DNA of 62,606 nt, filler included, from Dicyema japonicum (GCA_011109175.1; 5 parts of 5 records of this genome joined end to end with filler, not necessarily neighbours in it); one strand, 5' to 3'. Counted from the first letter of the whole stretch, positions 38,501 to 52,100 are shown. Numbers and translations: made by a program. Notes: generated from the letters alone by a model not told the origin.

Positions 38501-38524
38501 ACTTGAGTAACTACGCAATCTCCT

Positions 38525-39900
38525 ACATAACAGAAATTTATAATTTGTCCGTTAATTGGAACATTATCCAAAAATACGTAAGAATTCGCTCATCACTCCA
38601 ATTCATAAGGTCGGAATACCAAAAGGAAATCCCAGTTCACACAGACCGATCTCATTGACCTCTACTATATCAAAAGTGTTGGAAAAGTCGGTCCTATCTT
38701 AAATTACTACATCCCTAACTCAACCGAATTTCCAACACGGATCCCGTTCTGGAAGATCAACCAAGACTTTCTTATCAACGATTTCGCAGTTCATTGCGGA
38801 TGGTTTCAACACTATCTCAAAACACATGCGGATAACAATGGTCTCGATTGACATCAACAAGGGGTTTGATTCGGTATCGAGGAAACATTTAATTGGAAAA
38901 ATCTTTGATTAAAAAATTCGCCCTAACTTGAAGCTATGGTTGGACAATTTTTTATCTGGAAGACATGGAAGGGTCCATCTCAGAGCACGTTTACTACCAA
39001 ACGGAGTGCCCCAATGTTCGCCTTTGTCCCCAACTCTATTCAACCTTTTCCTTCACGACCTTCCAGCAGACATTAACAAAGATTTCCTACTGCTTTCTTA
39101 TGCTGACGATATTATCATTGCAACAAGAAGCAGTTCGACACCAGAGGCAGTCTCAATCGCACAGAAGAAAGTGGATTGTGTCCATGATTCGTTGATAGCC
39201 AACCGTCTCTCGGTGTCGGCTCCTAAATAAACATGCACTCTTCACCTCCGACCGTCGGTCCAAAGAAGGAGCAGAAATCTTCATAGGACATACTCGGATA
39301 CCTGTCACTAGAAACCCCTCAATCATGGGAGTGACTTTCGACAGGCTGCTTAATTATACCTACCATGCCAAGCAAGTCCTCACCAAAGGAGTGCAGAAAA
39401 TGAATGTCACACGGGCTCTTATCCAGAAGGCCCCAGTGAATATAAATGAAGCAATAGGAATTATACATCGTCAGACAATCACACGGCCGTGGAATATGCC
39501 TCTGCCGCGTGGAGATTCGCGTGATCAGTGGCCACAATCCAAAAACTAAACTTACTGCAAAGGAAAACAACACGTATGCTGGGACCACAATGTGAAACAA
39601 AAATACCTCCCATGCTGACGGAATCTACAACTCGTAGATGTGGTTCCGGATTTCTCCGCATTTGCGAGGAAGATAGACGCCCATTAAGCCACGCAAAAGA
39701 AAATCGGTTGGCTAAGAAATTTACGTCCCCAATCGGTTTCCTCTGCAAGGATCAGAGAAGGAATTTCCGTTCGGCAGTGTAAATAGTGGAGACGCACAGG
39801 CTTAGGCACATTTAGTGCGGAAACTGGGATTACCTAACTAGGTGACTTTTCTTTTGTCTTTTTTTCTCGGTTGTCCAGGGGTTAATAAATAAATGCTAGG
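38525..39900 (+). mobile_element. 5'-truncated I/Ingi-like LINE (RT to 3' tail)
   Basis: RPISLTS, DINKGFD, NGVPQCSPLSPTLFNLF, SYADD, MGVTFDRLL, and a 3' UTR ending taataaataaat. Confidence 0.9.
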
Positions 39901-40776
39901 AGTGGTTCTATGTCNGTCCCCAATCGGTTTCCTCTGCAAGGATCAGAGAAGGGATTTCCGTTCGGCAGTGTAAATAGCGGAGACGCACAGGCTTAGGATG
40001 GCACATTTAGTGCGGGAACTGGGATTACCTAACTAGTTGACGTTTCTTTTGTTTTTTTTTCTAGGTTGTCCAGGGGTTAATAAATAATTGCTAGGAGTGG
40101 TTCTATGTCTAAAAAGAGGATTATCCCTTAATAAAATACTTGGAGATGAGCCAGACGACGATTTTAAACCGATATGATTTATAGTGAATCAACAAATAGA
40201 TTTTTTTCGCAATGAAATCAGAGACTCAGGACTCTTCAGTTTCTTGCTGACAAATCTTGTCCTTTCAGTGAAGGGTTGAGTCCAAGTCATGGAAGAGGTG
40301 TCATAACCCACTGAAGGTTGTTTCATGAGGACTTAATATGGCAATTTCAATAGTACACCATCAAAACTAATATGAATCAGTAAAAAATTCAAGGGAGTGG
40401 GTATTTTGACTTGAGGAAAATTAAAGACATGAAATTATCAAAATATTATTTAGGAATTGGATAGTCAATTTCATAGTCACAGTCTTGTTTGTCTTGACTA
40501 ATTTCAACAAATTTTTCAGAGAGTTTTTCAAATTCTTTAAGATTTACCATTCTAATATAATATTTATAAGAACTATAAGGGATAACAAAAAGTTCATACA
40601 AAAGTAAAGTCCCACAAATGGAGTAGCCTACTAGACTCATTCTAAAGGTCCTTTTGAGCTTATCTTAATATTATTAACCCTACACTACTAGTGAACATGA
40701 AAGTTAACAACCCACAAATAGTCCCTCCTACGATTCCATAACGAACTCCATGGTTGAGGCAGTCATTCACCTAATN

Positions 40777-42520
40777 TTTCCCTTCTGCATGGTTTAAAAA
40801 ATAACGCCATTCTTAAATATCAATATTTGCCTATCCACTTCTATTTCAATTGACTTTGGCATTTTCTTATCCGAGGTGAATAGGGATATCTCAGGGATAA
40901 TTGTCAGTCGGTTTTCGTTTAGCCACACAAGTAAATAGTTCAGGCGGTGTTGTACTCTCTTTGTGACTGCCTTTACGTCTTGATTCCGAGATGCTGAAAC
41001 AATGCCGTAGGCATAAGCCAAGAGAAGATCGTTTTTTCAAGGATTTCAACCAAGAATAAGTTGAAAAGTCTTGATTCCGAGATGCTGAAACGATGCCGTA
41101 GGCATAAGCCAAGAGAAGATCGTTTTTTCAAGGATTTCAACCATGAATAAGTTGAAAAGTTGCGAAGATAACGGTGAACCCTAAAATATTCAATTAAGAA
41201 ATAGTCGAGATACTGATCGAATGTTTTTAAGGCATATTCGTCCAAACCGCCCGACAATAAAGTTAGCAAGCCTGGGTTTGAAATTCCCGAAAAATGTCTG
41301 TCTGGAATATTTTCCAAGTAAGAATCTTCATGGGAATGGAGTCGAAGGCTTTAAATATATCTAATGTGCGTTGAAAAGTCTTGTTGAAGAATCCAGAGTG
41401 AATGAAGTTGCTAGGAAAGATTATATGACTCGTGGTTGATCGGTCTTCTTTAAATCCACGCTGGAACAGCCTGTAAGAAAAAAATCATTGATTTTTACAA
41501 AGAAGAGCTTCTCCAAAATTTTAGACCTTGGAGTGAAACTGGTCTGAATGAAGTCCATTTTCGGTTTTCCCGTTTTCAATATAACCCGGATATTCGCGAG
41601 GTTGGAATCGAATTATGGTTTATGGACAAATAATATACTTCAGTCACTGTAGCAATTACCAGATTTTTCATGAGTATGATAGGAATCCCATCCGTTGTGT
41701 TAACCTGGTCTAGGATTTCCTTCACTTATTTTTGAGAAAAATAAGATCCTTTTTTAGTTTTCTTAATAAGCGGGGGTGCGTCCGTTTTTCTACAGTTTTT
41801 GTGCAAATTTTTACATAGTATTTTGCCAAGGAATTTAAGTTTTTTGGCTGTTTCTGTCGTCTTCGGATGCCTTTGAACTCACCCTTCAACCATTTTATAC
41901 GGAGTCTTGCTTCATGAAAAAATATCCCTGCCCTTTTGAGTCGATTCTTTTTTACTAGAGCCATCCTTCAATAGCCACTAGTATAACTTGTCATATAAGT
42001 TTATTTCTGGCGTTGTTTGTAATTCTTTTTGTAATGAGGTAAATGTCGTTACATGTGACTTCCCTGGTGATATATTTAGGCTATTATTCGAAAACCAAAG
42101 ACCCAACAGGTTTAATATCTCTTGCACGAACAATGTCTCCTCCTCGACTCTTCGATGTTTCACTGCAATCATGAGATCATCCCTATACGATAAAAGAATT
42201 GAATTAGTAGTTGGGGATTGAAGTCACTGAGGAATATACTGAATAGCGTTGGTTATAACGGTGATCATTTTGACACTCCATTTAGAAGGTATCGCGGTTT
42301 TGATTTTTGGTGGTTTACCGCCCATTCGACCGTTGATGAAATTAGTCAACCATCACTTGAATTTGAGGTGGATTGACGTTATAATTTTTTGCGTAAAAAT
42401 CTTCCGAGATACTGAGTCAAAATTCTTCTCTACATCCACTGGACGTGTGGATTTGGGGTATTTAGAACGTCCGAAATGAATTGGACCAGATTGTTAAATG
42501 AGTTACGAAAGGACGGATCT
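40777..42520 (-). repeat. About 1.75-kb duplicate of 43440-45198 (mosaic of two LINE RT fragments)
   Basis: Colinear and highly similar to 43440-45198, including the junction between the two LINE pieces. Bounded by Ns on both sides. Confidence 0.85.
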
Positions 42521-43439
42521 NNNNNNNNNNNNNNNNNNNNNNNNNNNNNNNNNNNNNNNNNNNNNNNNNNNNNNNNNNNNNNNNNNNNNNNNNNNNNNNN
42601 NNNNNNNNNNNNNNNNNNNNNNNNNNNNNNNNNNNNNNNNNNNNNNNNNNNNNNNNNNNNNNNNNNNNNNNNNNNNNNNNNNNNNNNNNNNNNNNNNNNN
42701 NNNNNNNNNNNNNNNNNNNNNNNNNNNNNNNNNNNNNNNNNNNNNNNNNNNNNNNNNNNNNNNNNNNNNNNNNNNNNNNNNNNNNNNNNNNNNNNNNNNN
42801 NNNNNNNNNNNNNNNNNNNNNNNNNNNNNNNNNNNNNNNNNNNNNNNNNNNNNNNNNNNNNNNNNNNNNNNNNNNNNNNNNNNNNNNNNNNNNNNNNNNN
42901 NNNNNNNNNNNNNNNNNNNNNNNNNNNNNNNNNNNNNNNNNNNNNNNNNNNNNNNNNNNNNNNNNNNNNNNNNNNNNNNNNNNNNNNNNNNNNNNNNNNN
43001 NNNNNNNNNNNNNNNNNNNNNNNNNNNNNNNNNNNNNNNNNNNNNNNNNNNNNNNNNNNNNNNNNNNNNNNNNNNNNNNNNNNNNNNNNNNNNNNNNNNN
43101 NNNNNNNNNNNNNNNNNNNNNNNNNNNNNNNNNNNNNNNNNNNNNNNNNNNNNNNNNNNNNNNNNNNNNNNNNNNNNNNNNNNNNNNNNNNNNNNNNNNN
43201 NNNNNNNNNNNNNNNNNNNNNNNNNNNNNNNNNNNNNNNNNNNNNNNNNNNNNNNNNNNNNNNNNNNNNNNNNNNNNNNNNNNNNNNNNNNNNNNNNNNN
43301 NNNNNNNNNNNNNNNNNNNNNNNNATTTTAAAACCCTGGAGACCGAATGACGTTCCAGTTTCTTAGTGACACTTCTCACTTTTCTGTTTTCTTATTAACT
43401 ATCATAAAAATAGTTTTTTTTATTAATATCTAGAGAATG

Positions 43440-44640
43440 TTTCCCTTCTGCATGGTTTAAATAATAATACCATTCTTAAATGTTAATATTTTTCTATCCA
43501 CTTCTATTTCAATTGACTTTGGCATTTTCTTATCCGAGGTGAATAGGGATATCTCAAGGATAATTGTCAGTCGGTTTTCGTTTAGCCACACATGTAAATA
43601 GTTCAGGCGGTGTTGTACTCTCTTTGTGACTGCCTTGTCGTAGACAGCATGCCGTAAGCATAAGCCAAAAAAATAAGTTGAAAAGTAGCGGGATAGCGGT
43701 GAACCCTAAAATATTTCATTGAGAAATAATCGAGAGACTGATCGAATGTTTCCAAGGAATATTCTTCCAAACCGCCCGACAATAAATTCCCAAAAATGTC
43801 TTTCTGGAATATTTTCCAAGTAAGAATCTTCATGGGANTAACGGTGAACCCTAAAATATTTCATTGAGAAATAATCGAGAGACTGATCGAATGTTTCCAA
43901 GGCATATTCGTCCAAACCGCCCGACAATAAAGTTAGCAAGCTAGATTTTAAAATTCCCAAAAATGTCTTTCTGGAATATTTTCAAAGTAAGAATCTTCAT
44001 GGGAATGGAATCGGAGGCTTTAAATATATCTAGTGTGCATAGAAAAGTCTTGTTGAAGAATCCAGAGTAAATGAAGTTGCTAGGGAAAATTATATGACTG
44101 GTGGTTTATCGGTCTTCTTTAAATCCACGTTGGAACTGCCTGTAAGAAAAAAAGTCCTTGATTTTTACAAAGAGCTTCTCCAAAATTTTAGACATTGGAG
44201 TGAAACTGGTATGAATTAAGTCCTTTTTCGATTTTCCCGTTTTCAATATAACCCGGATATTCGCGAGTTTCATAAGGTTGGAATCTAATTATGGTTTATG
44301 GACAAATAATATACTTTAGTCACTGTAGCAATTACCAGATTTTTCATAAGTATGATAGGAATCCCATCCGTTGTGTTAACCTGGTCTAGGATTTCCTTCA
44401 CTTCTTTTTGAGAAAAATAAGATCCTTTTATGGTTTTCTTAATAAGCGGGGGTGCGTCCGTCTTTCTACAGTCTTTGTGCAAATTTTTACATAACATTTC
44501 GCCAAAGCATTTAAGTTTTATGGCTGCTGCTGTCGTCTTCGAATGGCCTTTGAACTCACCCTTCAACCATTTTATACGGAGTCTTGCATTATGAGAAAAT
44601 ATCCCTGCCCTTTTGAGTTGATTTCTTTTTTACTAGAGCC
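43440..44640 (-). mobile_element. I/Ingi-like LINE RT fragment
   Basis: TDGIPIILMKNL, then frameshifted RPISL, DIFKASDSIP and post-RT LNENRL segments. Confidence 0.7.
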
Positions 44641-46950
44641 ATCCTTGAATAGTGACTGGTATAACTTGTTATATAAGTTTATTTCTGGCGTTGTTTGTAT
44701 TTCTTTTTGTAATGAGGTAAATGTTGTTACATGTGACTTCCCTAGTGATATATTTAGGCTATTATTCGAAAACTAAAGACCCAACAGGTTTAATATCATT
44801 TGCACGAACAATGTCTCCTCCTCGACTCTTCGATGTTTCACTGCAATAACGAGATCATCCGTATACGATATAAGAATTGAATTAGTAGTTGGGGAATGAG
44901 GTCACTAAGGAATATACTGAATAGCGTTGGTTATAACGGTGATCATTTTGACACTCCATTTAGAATGTATCGCGGTTTTGATTTTTGGTTGTTTACCGCC
45001 CATTCGACCGTTGATGAAATTAGTCAACCATCACTTGAATTTGAGGTGGATTGACGTTATAATTTTTTGCAATAGGATCTTCCGAGATACTGAGTCAAAA
45101 TTCTTCTCTACATCCACTGGTCGTGTGGATTTGGGGTATTTAGAACGTCCGAAATGAATTGGACCAGATTGTTAAATGAGTTACGAAAGGACGGATCTAG
45201 AGAAAGACCAGTTTTTCTAACACCGGTGGCAACGCACAGAGGATGGATATCTGACGGTAGGAGGACGGGCAGCTAGGTGGTTTGTTTTTCTTAAGGATAA
45301 GATGTATCAGTGATTTCTTCCATTTTATCGGAATCTTTTTCTCGTTTATTGAGAGATTAAAAACTTTTGTTATTGTCACGGAAGGACCCAGATGCTTTAG
45401 TTTGAGAACGGAGATATCATCTTAATCACGGGACGACGATTTATTTATTTTCATGATTACTGAATGTACCATTGACGGGTCAAAAGTTATGTTGGAAAAT
45501 TTATTACTTCGACCATGGCTTTAACGAACATTTGTCTTTTTAATATGGTTTATGATTAATATTCACTTAGTACTTCATAAAGTCATTGAGATTTGGAAAT
45601 GGCTCTTCATGTCAAGTTAAATGTAAAGAGTACTTCTTGAGCCTCCTTGTCTATTGCCATAATACAATGGAAGAAGTTTTATTCGTAGCTTTTCTAAACA
45701 CGGCTTCCTAATGTTCTTTGTTGTGTTTTTTGATATTCCGCGTGATTTCTCTATTCAGTTTTGATATCCTTTCAGTTTCGTTCACTGATTGTCTTTCGAA
45801 TTTCTTCACCTTATTCCTCGTATGGATTAGAAGTCGCTTTTCAGCATCAATTATATGTGATGGACGTTGAGGACGACCCATCGGTATGAATCTTTTGCAA
45901 GCTCGTAGTATAATCTCGTTGACAGCGGTGTTGATAGAACTGAAATCCTTTAATCCTCTATCCAGAAACTGTGAGGTTGTCAATTAAATATGTGAAAACG
46001 GACCAAGCTGGACGTGAGAAGTTAAAATTGGTTCTATGCATTAACTTATGTTTTTGTTGGATCCTCATGATGATTTGGTTATGGTCAGTATGTAGAAAAC
46101 GGACCAAGCTGGACGTGAGAAGTTAAAATTGGTTCTATGCATTAACTTATGTTTTTGTTGGATCCTCATGATGATTTGGTTATGGTCAGTATGTAAGCCG
46201 TATATAACATCCCATGAAATGACAGCCGTAAGAGAAGGAGCGGTAAAAGACATGTCGGATGAAATAGGGGAGTCGCCTCGACGGGAAGGGGTCCTTGTGT
46301 GTTTGCTTGTATTATTGAGGTCGTCAAAACTGTCAGATATGATGGCTCCCTGTTGATCCAGTTGTTGGTCAGCATACCATTGATAACTCTTCTCGTTTAG
46401 TTCCCCTCCAATTAGAGTGTTTTCCAACCTGGTGAATCGCTTGAGTTAGGGCGGTAGCCACTGGAGTATGACGGTGGAGAGAGTATGTACATATTAACAA
46501 TTGTCAATCGGAGAGATGGTAGGCGAATTCTCTGAGTTAGTTGTTCCTGTGTGTCATCGTGGGGGAAGGGGTCCGGGATGTTACCCGAAATATTGCTGGC
46601 CAGTATATGGTTTCTGATTAGTGTAATAAAGTCTCCACCCCTTCCATTACTTCTGTCTCGGCTGAAAACTGAGTATCCCGGAAAGTTGGGGGTTGGTCGC
46701 CGTGGGTTAAGTTTCGTCTCTTGGAAAGAGCTATATCCAATGAGTGTTCTATGGGAAAGCGTTGTAGTTCGGATACCATTGATGTTAATTTGTAATATGA
46801 CTAGATCTGGTCCAGGAATTTTCTCGACATATCCACAGCAAAAAAGTAGAATTCGAAACCATCCGCGCGTCCATGGTTGCAGGGATAGGGAGTTTGCGAC
46901 CATTTTCCAACACTTTAAATGAGCAATGCCACAACGTAGGTGAGTCACTC
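44640..46950 (-). mobile_element. I/Ingi-like LINE with degenerate 2A peptide, APE and RT
   Basis: GYVEKIPGP-DLVILQININGI...FQETKL...FPGYS..RDRSNGRGG, TDHNQI, FNFSRPAW, VFNLSI...SSYRQIS, VDVEKNFDS, LSYTDD. Confidence 0.85.
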
Positions 46951-48039
46951 GTCATAAATTACTAAATATATTTTTTTTTATGCAAGGAGTCCTCACCCAC
47001 TTTCCTAGTACGATCAGCTGGTTTTGTGGTAAATCCAGGAAAAAAGGTCTAGTGTCATTAGATAATAGTTTCGATTCTTGAATGAGTATTATGTCAATCT
47101 TGCATTTTGAAATAAATCAGTTCCATAATTCAGGCCGTCTCCAGAACTTTAACACGGAATTACATTCCAGTTCCATTTATGCCCAATTTGTGTAACTGGA
47201 TTTAAAAAATTAAGAAACAAATATTTTAATAAAATTGAGAATAATTAAGAACGATTAAAATCCGAATTTGTAATTTCTTGTCGGGTTTTGTTAAATAAAA
47301 GGAATCCCTTGATCATTCCAAAGTAGCCGTATACCTAAATAATAANNNNNNNNNNNNNNNNNNNNNNNNNNNNNNNNNNNNNNNNNNNNNNNNNNNNNNN
47401 NNNNNNNNNNNNNNNNNNNNNNNNNNNNNNNNNNNNNNNNNNNNNNNNNNNNNNNNNNNNNNNNNNNNNNNNNNNNNNNNNNNNNNNNNNNNNNNNNNNN
47501 NNNNNNNNNNNNNNNNNNNNNNNNNNNNNNNNNNNNNNNNNNNNNNNNNNNNNNNNNNNNNNNNNNNNNNNNNNNNNNNNNNNNNNNNNNNNNNNNNNNN
47601 NNNNNNNNNNNNNNNNNNNNNNNNNNNNNNNNNNNNNNNNNNNNNNNNNNNNNNNNNNNNNNNNNNNNNNNNNNNNNNNNNNNNNNNNNNNNNNNNNNNN
47701 NNNNNNNNNNNNNNNNNNNNNNNNNNNNNNNNNNNNNNNNNNNNNNNNNNNNNNNNNNNNNNNNNNNNNNNNNNNNNNNNNNNNNNNNNNNNNNNNNNNN
47801 NNNNNNNNNNNNNNNNNNNNNNNNNNNNNNNNNNNNNNNNNNNNNNNNNNNNNNNNNNNNNNNNNNNNNNNNNNNNNNNNNNNNNNNNNNNNNNNNNNNN
47901 NNNNNNNNNNNNNNNNNNNNNNNNNNNNNNNNNNNNNNNNNNNNNNNNNNNNTTGTTTCTATTGCGAAAAATAAGAATCCGAACATTATTCACACGCATT
48001 GTTTTCTTTATGTACGAATAATTATTTTCCACCAATATC

Positions 48040-48153
48040 AGTTAAACTCTATGATTGGGTGAGGAATTAATTGTTGAAAACTATATAAGGGTTCCGTACA
48101 AAATGAAAACTGTCGATAGGGCTCCGTTCTCTCAAAAAGGTTGGGAACCACTG
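48040..48153. mobile_element. hAT-type MITE terminus
   Basis: TIR gttgggaaccactg (48140-48153) followed by CTCTAAAG; the other end is lost near the gap. Confidence 0.55.
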
Positions 48154-48160
48154 CTCTAAA

Positions 48161-49508
48161 GTGTACTGTGCGATTGATGAAAACAATGATGGAGAAGTTG
48201 CTATCAAAATTATTGAGGCAAAGGTAAAGTAAATATCTGGAACGAGGTAACAACCGTCAATCATTTTTAGTACAAAAAATTAAAATTAATGAAACATAAC
48301 AAAGGGGAATTTTTTTATATGTTTACAAAAAGATATATATTTATACAAAAACCGTTTTTACATAGTAACCAAACTACTTTCCATTAATTTGGAACAATTT
48401 ATTCAAAAAGGGGCCTATTCCAATCAATGGAGTAAGAGTCAGATCTATTGCATATCATGTTTGAGTATTTTCAATTATTTTTGTTATTTTATGTGTTACA
48501 AGCATTGTGGACGTTGAGAGAACATCGATTAGTCCATGCAAATTTGCAGCCCAGACATATATTGATTGAAAACGATCAGCAATTGCCTTATACCGTAAAT
48601 CGGTGGATTTTATCTATGTACGAGGAATCGATGGATGAATATAAAAAAGCCAACATATTCATCACAGGTTACATGGATTCCATATTATAGGGCACCTGAG
48701 GTAATCCTTGCCTGCGTACTGACCTCAAAGATTGATATGGTACTTAGNTTATACAAAAACCGTTTTCACATAGTAACCGAACTACTTTCCATTAATTTGG
48801 AACAATTTATTCAAAAAGGGGCCTATTCCAATCAATGGAGTAAGAGTCAGATCTATTGCATATCAGGTTTGAGTATTTTCAATTATTTTTGTTATTTTAT
48901 GTGTTACAAGCATTGTGGACGTTGAGAGAACATCGATTAGTCCATGCAAATTTGCAGCCCAGACATATATTGATTGAAAACGATCAGTAATTGCCTTATA
49001 CCGTAAAATCGGTGGATTTTATCTATGTACGAGGAATCGATGGATGAATATAAAAAAACCAACATATTCATCACAGGTTACATGGATTCCATATTATAGG
49101 GCACCTGAGGTAATCCTTGCCTGCGTACTGACCTCAAAGATTGATGTGGTACTTAGGATGTATTATAGCCGAACTTTTATTGGGTTATCACCCGTTCCTA
49201 GTAAATACCAGCTTCGAACAGGTTCCCGGTCACCTAATCATCAGCTCTTATACATACAAAGTTTCATGAACACAAAACTAATGAAGATAACCAGACATCA
49301 TGGAGTCTGAAAATGGACCGTCAAACCAGTAAGAACGTCATTTATTAGCTAGCAATGGTCTATGATATTGAATAAACTACCCACGTGGGGAATTTCTGAG
49401 AAATCTTACGAGAATGCCCACATGGAATTTAATGAATTTTCTGATTTTCTGGAATGTACATTACAAATTAACCCAACTGAAAGGATCAACCTCCTTAATG
49501 GTCTAAAG
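48161..49508 (+). pseudogene. HIPK/DYRK-like (CMGC) kinase pseudogene
   Basis: EVAIKII, IVTELLSINL, LVHANLQPRHILI, PYTVKSVDF, YYRAPEVIL, frameshifted WYLGCIIAELLLG, and DFLECTLQINPTERI. Confidence 0.75.
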
Positions 49509-49664
49509 CAGTGGTTCCCAACCTGGGTTCTGCGTAGCCAGTTTTTGGGTCCCGCGAAAGTTATTATAAATTATTTAATAATATTTTTATTATCTACAAG
49601 TGTAATTTGGAAATGTCAAATTTTGCGAAAAACGACTACTTAAAATCGACATCTTATGAAGTAT
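49509..49664. mobile_element. hAT-type MITE terminus
   Basis: GTCTAAAG followed by TIR cagtggttcccaac (49509-49522); runs into a gap. Confidence 0.6.
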
Positions 49665-49764
49665 NNNNNNNNNNNNNNNNNNNNNNNNNNNNNNNNNNNN
49701 NNNNNNNNTTAATTAATTAANNNNNNNNNNNNNNNNNNNNNNNNNNNNNNNNNNNNNNNNNNNN

Positions 49765-50700
49765 AAATTGGCTTTGTAGTACATCTATCAATTGCAAATC
49801 GGCTACTCAAAAATATGAAGAGTTACTGACCGGATATCTATCATTTAATTGGATATTGGTCACCTAAGAAGAAATAGATTATGTCTGTCATTAATGTCTG
49901 TGCTCCCCACACAGGAAGATTAACAACTTCAATAGATGAGCTTGATTTTAAAATTAGAGTTTATCCAAAATATACTCTCAACTTTGTTCATGCAGACTAA
50001 TTTTTGTCGCAGAAGACTGGAATTCTAAAGCAGGAATTAGACATGGTGGTAGAAACTGTATTGGAAACCAAAGAAGGAAGTTATCGTAACTCATATAGAA
50101 ACTGTCGATTTATTTTGGTGCAATATGGTCTTTCAGCCTGCTTGCAGACTTTAAACTACATAGGTTGGCTGCATAAAAAATAAAAAAAAGAGAAAATAAA
50201 TATTTTTAATCAAATTGACTATATTTTATGTAAACAGACGTTCAAAAGACTATTAGTGGACTCCTGTTCAAATGGAGGAACTGACTAATAGCGATCACAA
50301 AATCGTGTAGTCAATAAGTTGACTCAGAAGGCTTTATGAAATATCCTATGCGAACGATGCTAAGGCAGAAAGAAGACAGTTGATTGTGAATTAAGAACTG
50401 GAAAATAATGCTGCTCTCTTGGCAAATAATGCTACACCAACCACAAGCCTCATAACTTACCATTTTATCAATCGATTTAATCGTGATGACATCTTACATG
50501 TATTGCAGTTCAAAGGTGAACCTCGTTCACTTAATAATTGCAGAAATTATAAAAGGTCTCAGGCGCTTGAATAATAGAGAGCACATGAGTTTAAGAAAAT
50601 TTGTGGAGAACTATTAAAATACGCAGAGTCAATAAGACAAAAATATCTTTTAGTTCAACGAAATATTCACGATTACCGTCCAGTTGAAATTTCAAAATAA
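49765..50700 (+). mobile_element. Decayed RTE APE region
   Basis: IGFVVH, INVCAPH, and frameshifted DWNSKAG and DHKI motifs. Confidence 0.55.
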
Positions 50701-51879
50701 AACTTATAGATGTTTTTTGTTCGTTTAAGGCATTTTTTAAAATTCTTTGTTCATTGTTCATCAAAATTATTGATTTTATATTTTCAAATTGGCCACAAAA
50801 TTCTAAGGAATCAAAAATGGCCAATTTGCAAGGGTCAAGTGTATTTAGATTTAGACAGTCAAGGTCTACCATTGATATCGTCAGGAGCCAACATTGGCTT
50901 AAGGCTATATGTCAAAGGCTCAGAAAAATGATGTAAATTCTAAGAGTTGACTTATTAAAGTTTTTCGAGTTTATTTGACGAAATAAACAACTGTTTGCTC
51001 TCAAGGACATAATTGAGGAGCACTGCCAATGGATTATATGAAGACGTGTAGCATTTGTCTCTGAAACTCCGAGTAACGGTATTTAATGAAATCGTAAAAC
51101 TAATCCTACTCTAAAACTCAGGAACGTGGGAACATCGAAAGCAGATCTTGACAGATTTAACAGATACCAGAGAAATCAGCTGAGAAAATAGTAGCCATCT
51201 ACTGGCCGAAGAAATTAAACAAAAATAATCTCTAATTCACCCAAACACAATTGTCCATACCAAGTCAAACGTGTTTTTAGACAAAATTAAACATTTCGTT
51301 TTTTCGCCGATGTCAAAGGACCGATGTCAAATACAAGACAGATATCAAGGTCTCCGTTTTGTCCCATCGAATTTGCCATTTTTATCATCATTTTTTGCGG
51401 CAAATTTGGGAAATGGCAAATTTTAAAATCTAATTAATAATTTTGAAATAGTTTTTGAAACACCTTGGCATAATAATAAGTTGTCGTTCTTATAAAGAAA
51501 TATTCACACTTTTTGTTCGATAGTGAGTCTTGTTGTATATCGATCACTAGAATCACAACGAAACATGCTACTTGAATTAAGTTTTATTGTTTTAATTTGC
51601 CAGAATTTTTTTAAAGACTTAAAAAAATTCGTTTAAGAGCGAATAAATACTCTTCCAGTTTTTTAAAAGTTTGGAAAAACAGTCGGATATGTGTTTGCGA
51701 AGATCGGGGATTCTGGGAGTAATAAAAACAAAAAATGGCACTTGGCTACAATCGCAGGATTTCTTGCCTCTAAATATGCAATTGCCGAAGGGAAAGTAAG
51801 ACCCTCAAGGATACTCAGAGGAAATAATTATTAAATAAAATTTATTGCATAACACTACACTCTATTTTGTTCAAATGTA

Positions 51880-52100
51880 TTGATGAAACAAATGTCGACT
51901 TATCTATTTCCTCAGAATGGTTATCCAAAGGAAATAACGGCCCACGGAGCGAAGCATTTTACTGTCTTTTGCAAGATAGGAATTTGTTTTTTTGCACACA
52001 CAGGGTCATTTTGCAACCATTGTAATAAAAGCAAGAAAACTGTTGATCATTTGGCCACTCAGTCACCCTTATCTACCGATGTACGATATCCTCTGTCAAT
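51880..52100 (+). mobile_element. R4/NeSL-like RLE retrotransposon zinc-finger fragment
   Basis: SEWLSKGNNGPRSEAFYCLLQDRNLF and CNHCNKSKKTVDHLATQ. Confidence 0.65.

Noticed and set aside
39725-40108. Doubled LINE 3' end
   Set aside because: Separated by a single N at 39915; probably a haplotype overlap.
42462-43379. Long ORFs in the track at 42.5-43.4 kb and 47.3-48.0 kb
   Set aside because: They are translated N-gaps.
45994-46194. Exact 101-bp tandem repeat
   Set aside because: Perfect identity and read-length period suggest a gap-filling artefact.
48330-49160. Tandem duplication of the kinase core
   Set aside because: Joined at a single N (48748) with few differences; likely an assembly overlap.
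50591-51250. MULE-like transposase or host gene
   Set aside because: Only vague resemblance; no diagnostic motif.
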